Shown: positions 8,218-15,679, numbered from the stretch's first letter. The stretch is DNA of 24,000 nt from Feifaniaceae bacterium (GCA_035561315.1 DATMXR010000268.1:2951-26950), one strand, 5' to 3'. Notes: generated by a model from the letters alone, not told the origin. Translations and numbers: made by a program.

Positions 8218-9273
8218 ATGAAAGCCGCAAGACTGCACGCCATAGGCGATTTCCGTGTGGACGAGCTGCCAACCCCCGTGCCCGGGGGCAAAGAGCTGCT
8301 GCTGAAGGTAGGGGCCTGCGGCGTATGCGGGTCGGACATCCCGCGCATATTCGAGCTGGGCACGAGCAGGCAGAAATACCCGCTGACCATCGGCCACGAG
8401 ATCGGCGGGACGGTCGTCGCCGCGGGGGAGGATGCGGACGCACGCTTAATCGGCAGGCGCGGCGCGGTGTTCCCGCTGATTCCCTGCTTCAAATGCGCGC
8501 CCTGCCTTACCGCCGACTACGCCATGTGCGAGGATTACGATTATCTGGGCTCCCGCAGCGACGGCGGGTTTGCTCAGTATTGCATCGTCCCGTCCGCGTG
8601 GCATTTCGTGGAATCAAAGAACCCTGCCACCTCCCTGGACGCTTTGGGCATGACGGAGCCCTGCACGGTGGCGCAGCACGCCGTACGCAAAAGCAACCTG
8701 CGCCCCGGGTATTCCGTACTGATACTGGGCGCGGGGCCCATAGGCATCATGGCGGCGCGCTGGGCCAGGCTGTTTGGCGCCGAGGCTGTGGCGCTGGTGG
8801 ACGTTGTGGAGGAAAAGGCCGCGTTTGCCCGCGCGCGCGGCGAGATCGTGTTCAACTCCCGCACGCAGGACGTCGCGGAGGAATTTAAAAAGCTGACCGG
8901 CGGAAGCTTGGCGGACGTCGTGATCGAGGGCACGGGAACGGCCGTCGGCCAGGCGGCGGATTGCGCGAAGACGTTCGGAACCGTGGTGCTGCTCGGGAAC
9001 CCGCACAAGGATACCGTGATCGCATTAAAGCAGCACAGCAGCATCCTGCGCAAGGAGCTGCGGCTCACGGGCGTCTGGAACTCCCATTTCGCCGCCACGC
9101 CCGTCAACGAATGGACCTATACCGTGGCCATGCTGGACGCGGGCAAACTGGCGGTGGACGATCTCATCACCCACCGCGCCGCGCTCGACGAGCTTCCCGG
9201 CCTCGTCAAAGACATCTACGAGCGCCGCGTGACCATATGCAAGGCGATGTACAGCGCCGGTGCCCGGCAATAG
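8218..9273 (+). CDS. Zinc-dependent alcohol/polyol(-phosphate) dehydrogenase (MDR family, GatD/sorbitol-DH-like)
   Basis: GACGVCGSD and GHEIGG catalytic-Zn motifs, CFKCAPCLTADYAMC structural-Zn cysteines, GAGPIG Rossmann motif. It starts 19 nt after the epimerase stop. Confidence 0.85.
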   Translation: MKAARLHAIGDFRVDELPTPVPGGKELLLKVGACGVCGSDIPRIFELGTSRQKYPLTIGHEIGGTVVAAGEDADARLIGRRGAVFPLIPCFKCAPCLTADYAMCEDYDYLGSRSDGGFAQYCIVPSAWHFVESKNPATSLDALGMTEPCTVAQHAVRKSNLRPGYSVLILGAGPIGIMAARWARLFGAEAVALVDVVEEKAAFARARGEIVFNSRTQDVAEEFKKLTGGSLADVVIEGTGTAVGQAADCAKTFGTVVLLGNPHKDTVIALKQHSSILRKELRLTGVWNSHFAATPVNEWTYTVAMLDAGKLAVDDLITHRAALDELPGLVKDIYERRVTICKAMYSAGARQ

Positions 9274-9312
9274 GGCCATTTACAATGGGCAATCATCGAT
9301 AAGGAATTTGCC

Positions 9313-9660
9313 ATGAATAAATATTCCGATATTTTTGGGAAACAAATCACCATAACGGTTGACCGCCCGTTGGGAAGCGCCCATCCCGATTATCCGGAGC
9401 ACTACTATCCTGTGAACTATGGGTTTGTGGAAGAAATAGTTGGCGGGGATGGCGACGAACAGGATGTGTACCTGTTGGGGGTGGAGACTCCGGTCGCCTC
9501 CTATCAGGCTGTGGTGATTGCCGTGATACATCGGCTGAATGATGTGGAAGACAAATGGGTTGCCGCCCCTCCGGACATGCCTTTTTCAATCGAGGATATC
9601 CGGCGGAGTACATATTTCCAGGAGCGCTTTTACCAATCCGAAATATTTCTTAAGTCTTAG
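9313..9660 (+). CDS. Short inorganic-pyrophosphatase-like protein (115 aa)
   Basis: YPVNYGFV and GGDGDEQDVYLLG resemble the family I PPase YPxNYGxI / DGDPxDVLV core, but the protein lacks the N-terminal ~40 aa of full-length PPases. AAGGAA RBS. Visibly more AT-rich than its neighbours. Confidence 0.6.
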   Translation: MNKYSDIFGKQITITVDRPLGSAHPDYPEHYYPVNYGFVEEIVGGDGDEQDVYLLGVETPVASYQAVVIAVIHRLNDVEDKWVAAPPDMPFSIEDIRRSTYFQERFYQSEIFLKS

Positions 9661-9703
9661 TTTTCCTCCGGTCATCCTTACTAAGATGCTTTTCGATAGT
9701 CTG

Positions 9704-9727
9704 AGCGCATGCATTGCATGCGCTTTT
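9704..9727 (+). terminator. Terminator-like hairpin after the PPase-like gene
   Basis: AGCGCATGC-ATT-GCATGCGCT (9 bp) followed by TTTAG; the U-tract is short. Confidence 0.45.
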
Positions 9728-9772
9728 AGCTGCCCAGCCAAACTAGCATCACTATGGCATTGAGGAGGCAGC

Positions 9773-10765
9773 ATGAAGCCGGAACGCATCTACTATGAGC
9801 CAAAAGCGCTCGATTACCCGCTGGGGCGGCAGCTTCGCGAGCAGTTTGCTGGCGTCGAGTGGATTCCAATCGAAAACCATAACAACATTTCGGAGCTTCG
9901 GGCCAATCCCAATGACGCGTTCGTACAGATGAAGCGCTTTTTGGTCGTAGGGGTGCGAAAGTCGCTCCGCTACACGCCCAACCACAAGGTGTCGGATTAC
10001 CTGGTGCCCTACACGTCCTCGGGCTGCGCGGCCATGTGCCTGTACTGCTACCTCGTATGCCATTACAACAAATGCGCGTATTTGCGGCTGTTTGTCAACC
10101 GCGAGGAAATGATGCGGAAGATGATCAAAACGGCCTCGCAGGAGCACGGGACCGTGTTTGAAATCGGCTCCAACAGTGATCTTGTGCTGGAAAACACCAT
10201 CACCGGCAACCTTGTGTGGACAATCGAGCAATTCTGCGCGTCGCCAGGGGGCAAGCTGACGTTTCCCACAAAATTCGATATGGTGGAGCCGCTGCTTCCG
10301 CTCAACCACAACGGCCGCGTCATATTCCGCATGAGCGTCAACCCGCAGGAGGTCATCAACGCCGTGGAACTCGGCACATCCCCGCTCAAAGCGCGCATCG
10401 GCGCGCTCAACCGCATGTGCGAGGCGGGATACGAGGCAGGCCTATTGATCGCGCCTGTCGTGCTTGTGGAAGGATACCGGAAAAAGTACGCCGCGCTCAT
10501 TGCGCAGCTGGGTGCGGAATTGACGGAGAAGACGAAAAGGAAGCTTGTGATCGAGATCATATTCATGACCTACAGCTTCGTGCACCGCGCCATCAACAAC
10601 GACGCGTTTCCCGGAGCGGTGGAGCTGTACGATACCTCCCTTATGACGGTGCGCGGGCGCGGCAGGTACTGCTACAGGGAAAGCGTGCGCGCGGAAGCGG
10701 AGGCGTTTTTGCGGGCGGAGCTTACGGAGCACCTTCCCGGAATCCCGATTTTGTATGTGGTTTGA
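9773..10765 (+). CDS. splB: Spore photoproduct lyase (radical SAM)
   Basis: GAGGAGG RBS. YYEPKALDYPLG, GVRK, CAAMCLYC (CX3CX2C), GTSPL and LIAPV all align with my recollection of B. subtilis SplB. Confidence 0.9.
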   Translation: MKPERIYYEPKALDYPLGRQLREQFAGVEWIPIENHNNISELRANPNDAFVQMKRFLVVGVRKSLRYTPNHKVSDYLVPYTSSGCAAMCLYCYLVCHYNKCAYLRLFVNREEMMRKMIKTASQEHGTVFEIGSNSDLVLENTITGNLVWTIEQFCASPGGKLTFPTKFDMVEPLLPLNHNGRVIFRMSVNPQEVINAVELGTSPLKARIGALNRMCEAGYEAGLLIAPVVLVEGYRKKYAALIAQLGAELTEKTKRKLVIEIIFMTYSFVHRAINNDAFPGAVELYDTSLMTVRGRGRYCYRESVRAEAEAFLRAELTEHLPGIPILYVV

Positions 10766-10791
10766 CGCGCCAAAGTCGCTGCCTGAATTGC

Positions 10792-11661
10792 CTATAGCCT
10801 GCACACAGGGATCCAGATTTCGCTTTTATAGTCGGGGCGGCTTGTATCCTTGCTTTCGTTCCATAAAAGCTCCGGCCCCCCGCCCAGCTGATACCCGGAG
10901 GTTGGGAACCATTCGGAATAAATCTGCGCCCATACGTCCTGCAGCGCCTTGGGAAACGCGCCGGTCGCGGTAAACACCGCCCAGGTCCCTGCGGGAACGG
11001 GTAACGTGTCCCACCGCTGCGGGACATCTCTGGTGGTGGCCACGCCAATATACTGGTCCAGCGCAGTCCCTTCCGCCCTGCCCTCCGTGAAATTGGCGGA
11101 TACGCACAGAATGCCCCTGGGCTCCACATCGGATAGCGCCTTGAGCTCCAGAAAGTCCTGTTCTGTAAGCCTTGCCCATATATCGTCCATCTGCGGGTTT
11201 ATCCCTTCGTAAACCAGCGTGATCCGTTTTTTGACGCCCGCGATCCGGAACGCTTCTTTTTCTACGATGCGGTATTGCATATCGTGTCCTCCTTTGATTG
11301 TCAGCTGGAATGTCATGGGCGGGAACGCCTTTGTGATCGAACCGCGTTTTCGCGCCTGTGTCGGCGTAACGCCGTGGAACGCGCGGAATGCCCTTGAAAA
11401 TGCATCCGGCGACTCGTACCCGTATGTTACGGCAAGGTCGATCACTTTGGGTTCGCCCGTCTGAAGCGCGTGCGCCGCAAGAGACAGCCTCCTGCATCGG
11501 ACGTATTCAGTAAGCGGGAACCCGGCAAGAAAAGAAAACATCCGTTTCAGGTGGTATTCAGAACAGCAGGCGATGCCTGCCGCCTTTCCGATATCGATCT
11601 CTTCCGCCAAATGCCCCTCGATGTAGCGCATCGCAAGATTCAGGCGTTTGAACGCGTCCAT
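10792..11661 (-). CDS. AraC-family transcriptional regulator with GyrI-like effector-binding domain
   Basis: ORF track 10792..12087. The N-terminal 142 aa are shadow-like, so the start is set at ATG 11661 (MDAFKRLNLAMRYIEGHL...) after AGAGGAAAGGA. HTH region ...YGYESPDAFSRAFRAFHGVTP...; GyrI-like C-terminus ...WAQIYSEWFPTSGYQ.... Confidence 0.85.
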   Translation of the reverse strand: MDAFKRLNLAMRYIEGHLAEEIDIGKAAGIACCSEYHLKRMFSFLAGFPLTEYVRCRRLSLAAHALQTGEPKVIDLAVTYGYESPDAFSRAFRAFHGVTPTQARKRGSITKAFPPMTFQLTIKGGHDMQYRIVEKEAFRIAGVKKRITLVYEGINPQMDDIWARLTEQDFLELKALSDVEPRGILCVSANFTEGRAEGTALDQYIGVATTRDVPQRWDTLPVPAGTWAVFTATGAFPKALQDVWAQIYSEWFPTSGYQLGGGPELLWNESKDTSRPDYKSEIWIPVCRL

Positions 11662-11686
11662 GCCGCCACATCCTTTCCTCTTTTGA

Positions 11687-11695
11687 ATTGTATCA
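11687..11695 (-). promoter_or_regulatory. Extended -10 (TGaTACAAT) for the AraC-family gene
   Basis: Minus strand TGATACAAT about 25 nt upstream of ATG 11661. No convincing -35. Confidence 0.4.
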
Positions 11696-11838
11696 GATTT
11701 CATGCGACGGCATCCGGCTTTTCCGGGCGCGGTTTTGCCGGGCCGGTGCGCGCCGCTCCCCATGTATACCCTCCGTGGTCCCCGAATATATTTAAGCGGA
11801 CGGCGCGCCCATAACGCGCGCCGGGAGGAGGGAAAGCC

Positions 11839-12651
11839 ATGGAACCCGTACGGCAGCAGAAAAAGAAGATAGAGCGGCAGCCCTGCCTGGTTGCGGCGGG
11901 CGCATACGCCTGTATGGTCGCCGCCTATATTCTTGCGGACGCGCTGCCCATAAACGGCCTGACGAACGCCGAGGTCTCCGCCCGCAACCAGACGCTCCTT
12001 ACCCCCGCGCCCGGCACGTTTCTCATGTGGTTCGCCGTCTGGGCGCTGCTGCTGCTCTATACGCTCTATCAACTGGGCATATTCCAATGGGGAGAAGGGA
12101 GGGGTCCGTGCGCCACGGACTTAACAAAGGCGATCGCCCCGCTTTTTACGCTTTCCTCCGTATGCGTCGCGCTCTTTATCGTCGCCTGGCATTACGAGCT
12201 GATGCTGGTCTGCTTCGTGCTGATGGCGGCGCTCGTATACGGCCTGCTCCGCGTGATGCGTATCCTCCGTAAGGAACGGCTGTGCATGCGGGAAAAGCTG
12301 TTTGTCCTGGTTCCGCTTTCAGCGTTCCTGGCCTGGGGCATACTTGTGGCCATGACAAGCTTTGCGGCGATGCTTGCAAGCCTTGGCTGGGACGGCTGGG
12401 GACCGAATATGGATGTATGGGCCGTTATCGCGCTTTTGCTGGGTACCGTGGCCGGCATATTTTTGATGTTCCGCTTCAGGTCCGCGGTGATCGGCCCCGT
12501 ATTCGCGTGGGGATACGGCGGCATACTCGCCGCCCATGCGTCGCCGGAAATACTAAACGGCGAATATCCGCTTGTGATCCTGGCGCTGATCGTCTGCCTG
12601 ATCGCGCTGCTGTTCTCGTTTGCCCTTTGCATCTACCAAAAGAAACCATAA
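11839..12651 (+). CDS. Multi-pass membrane protein, TspO/MBR-like (tryptophan-rich sensory protein-like)
   Basis: GGGAGGAGGG RBS and about 7 hydrophobic segments. N-terminal ...NGLTNAEVSARNQTLLTPAPGTFLMWFAVWALLLLY resembles a motif I associate with clostridial TspO-like proteins. The family assignment is tentative. Confidence 0.65.
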   Translation: MEPVRQQKKKIERQPCLVAAGAYACMVAAYILADALPINGLTNAEVSARNQTLLTPAPGTFLMWFAVWALLLLYTLYQLGIFQWGEGRGPCATDLTKAIAPLFTLSSVCVALFIVAWHYELMLVCFVLMAALVYGLLRVMRILRKERLCMREKLFVLVPLSAFLAWGILVAMTSFAAMLASLGWDGWGPNMDVWAVIALLLGTVAGIFLMFRFRSAVIGPVFAWGYGGILAAHASPEILNGEYPLVILALIVCLIALLFSFALCIYQKKP

Positions 12652-12668
12652 TATGGATTTTCCGTTTC

Positions 12669-12691
12669 GACGGCAAAGCCGCCGTCTTTTT
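12669..12691 (+). terminator. Intrinsic terminator after the membrane-protein gene
   Basis: GACGGC-AAAGCC-GCCGTC followed by TTTTT, 18 nt after the stop. Confidence 0.6.
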
Positions 12692-12710
12692 ATGCCGGAA
12701 TTTTTACAGC

Positions 12711-12739
12711 TTGGACGAAATTTGAGACTAGTAATAATT
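12711..12739 (+). promoter_or_regulatory. Sigma-A-like promoter in the AT-rich patch upstream of the diguanylate cyclase
   Basis: TTGGAC (12711..12716), 17-nt spacer, ATAATT (12734..12739). Confidence 0.4.
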
Positions 12740-12800
12740 GGATGCCGATGATACAATAAAAAAGCCTGAAATAAAACCGATATATATCGTGAAGTACCCT

Positions 12801-12839
12801 GCCTGCCGTTCCTGCCCAGTAAAACGGCGGGCTGTTTTT
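12801..12839 (+). terminator. Leader terminator 1 upstream of the diguanylate cyclase gene
   Basis: GCCTGCCGTT-N12-AACGGCGGGC (10 bp including one U-G wobble valid only on plus-strand RNA) followed by TGTTTTTG. Confidence 0.5.
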
Positions 12840-12862
12840 GCAATTCCTGTTCCAAGCGCGTC

Positions 12863-12913
12863 CGGGGCGCGCCGTATCAGGTGCGGGAAGCCGTACAGGC
12901 GCGCCGCGTTTTT
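12863..12913 (+). terminator. Leader terminator 2, ends 26 nt before the diguanylate cyclase ATG
   Basis: GC-rich stem built on two GGCGCGCC copies (12866..12873 with 12898..12905, extendable to 12863/12908 with one mismatch), followed directly by TTTTT (12909..12913). Confidence 0.5.
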
Positions 12914-12939
12914 CAAGGCCATTGGCGGAGCGGAAAAAT

Positions 12940-14463
12940 ATGTTTGGGAAAAAACCGAGCGAAAGGAATAACGCGATCCTCGTCGTATTGATCATGGGCC
13001 TGCTGTGGTGCATGGTAATGCTCTTTTTTCTGGGTTCCGCCCGCATCCAGTTTGAAGACCGGGCGCTGCGCGGCCTTGATGAAGCGAAAGAGCGCCGCGC
13101 GGCGACGCTGGAGGAGGGGCTGCCTGCATGGGATTCCGCCCATCCCTTTTCCGGGACCGACGGCGGCGGTGACCATTGGCTGGTTTTAAATGAACGATAC
13201 CGTCCGCTCGCGGAGGGCGGCGATACTGCCTGGTGGACGGAGCAAGGCATGCTCGGGCGGGACGGCGCGCTGCACGCGGCGCTTGTGGAACGGCTTGCGG
13301 CGGCGGGCGCAGACGGGCTTGCGGCGGCGCCCATACAGACGGACTTTCGGGAAAACTATGTCGCCTCCGTTCCGCTTTCCACCGGCCTTCATTTGCTTTA
13401 TGCGGCCGACCCGGGCCGGATGGAGGAAGGCTACCGCTTCCTGATGAACAATTACCTGCTGCTTGGGCTGAGCATGCTCGGCGTTTTTGCGCTGGGGCTT
13501 TTCCTGCTGTTCGCCTGGCGCTGGCGGGACCGCCGCGATGCAAAGGAAGAAAAGGCCAGGCTGGCCTGGCTGGAGGAGCGCTACCGTATCATCGCGCGCG
13601 AATCCGAGGACGTGGTATTCGAAATTTCCATCCATGAAAAATGGATCGAGGCCAACGAGAACTTCCGCAAGCTCTTTGGCTACAATGTGGTGAAGTGGAA
13701 CAAGGAGCTCATGCGCCAGGTGCATTCCGACGATCTTGAAAAGTTGGAGGCCATATACCGGGACTTAAAGGCGGGCAAGCGCACCATGAAGGACGATATG
13801 CGCATCAAGCGCGCGGACGGCAGCTATATCTGGTGCAGGGTGCTCGTTGCGGTCCTGTCGGATTCGGGCGGCAAGCCGGTGCGCGTGCTCGGCAAGATCA
13901 CGAATATTGATACGCAGAAGCGCGAGGCCGCCTGGCTGCTCCAAAGGGCGCAGCAGGATTCGCTGACCAACCTCTATAACAACGAAACCACCAAGTACAT
14001 GGTCAACCGGTACCTGGCCTCGGAGGGTGCGGACGGCATACACGGCCTGATCCTCATCGACGTGGACGATTTCAAATCCATCAACGATACGCGCGGCCAT
14101 CTGTTCGGGGACTCCGTGCTCACGGCTGCCTCGGGAAGGCTCAGGGCGCTGTTCCGCTCCACGGATATCCTGGGGCGCATCGGCGGGGACGAGTTCATGG
14201 TGTTTTTAAAGAATGTCAGCGACAGGCCGCAGCTTGAGGCCCAGGCGAGAAGCATATTGGAAGCGTTCCGTACCAGCGGGGACGCGGAGAACGAAATCAC
14301 CTGCTCGATAGGCGCCGCGCTTTATCCGGAGGACGGCGGCACGGTGGACGAGCTCTTTAAGCGCGCGGATATCGCGCTCTACCGTTCCAAAAAAGTCGGC
14401 AAGAACCGGTATTCGGTCTATGACCCCGCCATCGACGTGGGCAGCGGGGAACATACGGAATAG
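12940..14463 (+). CDS. Membrane-bound sensor diguanylate cyclase (2 TM + unknown extracytoplasmic domain + PAS + GGDEF)
   Basis: ORF track 12838..14463. Start set at ATG 12940 (MFGKKPSERNNAILVVLIMGLLW...), 9 nt after GGAG. A second TM segment (LLLGLSMLGVFALGLFLLFAW), a PAS-like region, an intact GGDEF (RIGGDEFMVFL) and an RxxD I-site (RSTD) five residues upstream. Confidence 0.9.
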   Translation: MFGKKPSERNNAILVVLIMGLLWCMVMLFFLGSARIQFEDRALRGLDEAKERRAATLEEGLPAWDSAHPFSGTDGGGDHWLVLNERYRPLAEGGDTAWWTEQGMLGRDGALHAALVERLAAAGADGLAAAPIQTDFRENYVASVPLSTGLHLLYAADPGRMEEGYRFLMNNYLLLGLSMLGVFALGLFLLFAWRWRDRRDAKEEKARLAWLEERYRIIARESEDVVFEISIHEKWIEANENFRKLFGYNVVKWNKELMRQVHSDDLEKLEAIYRDLKAGKRTMKDDMRIKRADGSYIWCRVLVAVLSDSGGKPVRVLGKITNIDTQKREAAWLLQRAQQDSLTNLYNNETTKYMVNRYLASEGADGIHGLILIDVDDFKSINDTRGHLFGDSVLTAASGRLRALFRSTDILGRIGGDEFMVFLKNVSDRPQLEAQARSILEAFRTSGDAENEITCSIGAALYPEDGGTVDELFKRADIALYRSKKVGKNRYSVYDPAIDVGSGEHTE

Positions 14464-14476
14464 TGAGGTTTTCCAT

Positions 14477-14815
14477 ATGTTAAAGCTTTGGTTAAAGCGG
14501 GTTTTGCTGATCCTACTCCTCTGCCTGATCCTGTTTTGGGCGGCTTCGTGCGCCCGGTGCGAAATTCTTACGCTGCTGCACGGGCAGGAGTTCAAGGATG
14601 CGTATAAGGAAGATACAATGCTTAGGGAACAAAATAACTGGAAGGTTCTGGACTATTCTCCCGCATATGCGAGAGTTTACTATGTTGATGAATACGGCGG
14701 GGTTATACTGGGATTTACCAGGCAGGGCGATCAGTGGATTTTCGCAAAATGGGAGGAAACCGTATGGTCGAAAACCGGAAGCGCGTCTGAGTTTATGTGG
14801 CCCTACATCCGGTAA
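14477..14815 (+). CDS. Small exported/membrane-anchored hypothetical protein (112 aa)
   Basis: ORF track 14420..14815. Start set at ATG 14477, 8 nt after GTGAGG and 13 nt after the cyclase stop. N-terminal hydrophobic segment LLILLLCLILFWAASC (lipobox-like, not canonical). AT-richer than its surroundings. Confidence 0.65.
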   Translation: MLKLWLKRVLLILLLCLILFWAASCARCEILTLLHGQEFKDAYKEDTMLREQNNWKVLDYSPAYARVYYVDEYGGVILGFTRQGDQWIFAKWEETVWSKTGSASEFMWPYIR

Positions 14816-14829
14816 CGAAAAAGGGGATG

Positions 14830-14873
14830 CGGAGCGGGCAGAGGATTTCCCTCCCGCTCCGTTCTTTTGCTTT
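14830..14873. terminator. Terminator between convergent genes (probably bidirectional)
   Basis: CGGAGCGGG-N14-CCCGCTCCG (9 bp), followed by TTCTTTTGCTTT on plus and preceded by GAAAAAGG. Confidence 0.65.
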
Positions 14874-14890
14874 ATTGCAGGGCTTGAGCG

Positions 14891-15541
14891 TCACTCTACA
14901 TGGAATTGTTTTTTCAGCCGTGCGATGTTTTCCTCGCTCAGCTTATTGTGCGTATCCCGCATGACGTAGCGGACGTTCATCGTGACGGTAGCCAGGTGCT
15001 CCAGTATCTCCATACGGAAGCAGGCCTCCTCCAGGCTGCTCCCCCAGGTAAGCGGGCCGTGGTTACTTAGCAGCACCGCCTTGTGGGTCTTGCAGAAGGG
15101 CGCTATGGAATCCGGCACCTCCTCGGTGCTCGGGAGGGCAAACGGCGCTACCGGCACCTGCCCCAAGCCCACGATCGCCTCGGTAAGCAGCGGCGTATCG
15201 AGCGGGACGCCCGCCGCGGCGAAGGAGGAGGCGACGGGCGGATGCACATGCACCACGGCCATGACGGCGGGGTTTTCCTTATATACGCGCAGGTGCATTT
15301 TCACCTCGCTCGAAGGCGGGAGCGCGCCTTTCGAAACGATGCCGCCGTCCAGCGTCAGTTCCACCAGGATTTCCGGCGTCAGGCAGCCCTTGGATACGCC
15401 GGTGGGCGTGCACAGCACCGTATTGTCCGAAAGCTTTACGGAAAGATTGCCGTCGTTGGCAGCGGCGTAGCCCCTGTCGTAAAGGCGTTTTCCATAAGAA
15501 ACGATTTGTGCCGCCGCCTCCGCTTTTGTGGGGTAATTCAT
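14891..15541 (-). CDS. Class II aldolase/adducin-family protein (L-fuculose-phosphate aldolase-like)
   Basis: ORF track 14891..15730. Start set at ATG 15541 (MNYPTKAEAAAQIVSYGKRLY...) after GGAGG. Motifs NDGNLS, TPTGVSKG, VVHVHPP, LLSNHGPLTWG. Confidence 0.85.
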   Translation of the reverse strand: MNYPTKAEAAAQIVSYGKRLYDRGYAAANDGNLSVKLSDNTVLCTPTGVSKGCLTPEILVELTLDGGIVSKGALPPSSEVKMHLRVYKENPAVMAVVHVHPPVASSFAAAGVPLDTPLLTEAIVGLGQVPVAPFALPSTEEVPDSIAPFCKTHKAVLLSNHGPLTWGSSLEEACFRMEILEHLATVTMNVRYVMRDTHNKLSEENIARLKKQFHVE

Positions 15542-15615
15542 AAAGAGCCTCCAAAAGTGCTTTATTCTTACACATCCCGCCGATGCGTGCCTATTCGTTT
15601 TCCTTTTACCTGTCC

Positions 15616-15644
15616 ATACTACCACGCCGGGCGCGCAAACACAA
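15616..15644 (-). promoter_or_regulatory. Candidate promoter of the aldolase gene
   Basis: Minus strand TTGTGT (15644..15639), 17-nt spacer, TAGTAT (15621..15616), with TG two nt upstream of the -10. Confidence 0.35.
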
Positions 15645-15650
15645 TCCGGC

Positions 15651-15679
15651 TTTACAAAAGCCACGGATTGCGGTATGCT
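15651..15679 (+). promoter_or_regulatory. Candidate promoter of ltaE
   Basis: TTTACA (15651..15656), 17-nt spacer, TATGCT (15674..15679), about 60 nt upstream of ATG 15742. Confidence 0.45.

Noticed and set aside
9725-9772. SigG/SigF-type forespore promoter for splB (CATCACTA at 9747..9754).
   Set aside because: The spacing within the -10-like element is off by one relative to CATnnTA as I recall it, and there is no GnATA-like -35 at the right distance. The evidence is too weak to call.
10792-12087. N-terminal extensions of track ORFs (10792..12087, 12838..14463, 14891..15730, 18437..19099, 1107..2060, 2026..2970, 5245..6717).
   Set aside because: The extended parts are shadow-like or overlap neighbouring genes and promoters. 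In each case an internal ATG with a GGAGG-type RBS coincides with the family-typical N-terminus.
11804-12905. Recurrent GGCGCGCC octamers (near 11805, 12866 and 12898) as a possible REP-like dispersed element.
   Set aside because: A few occurrences of a GC-only palindromic octamer are about what chance predicts at this GC content. The flanks share no similarity.
13292-13329. 14-nt direct repeat GGCTTGCGGCGGCG (13292..13305 and 13316..13329) inside the cyclase gene.
   Set aside because: It is an in-frame (24-nt offset) low-complexity Ala/Gly-coding stretch in GC-rich DNA. Nothing suggests a functional repeat or phase-variation tract.
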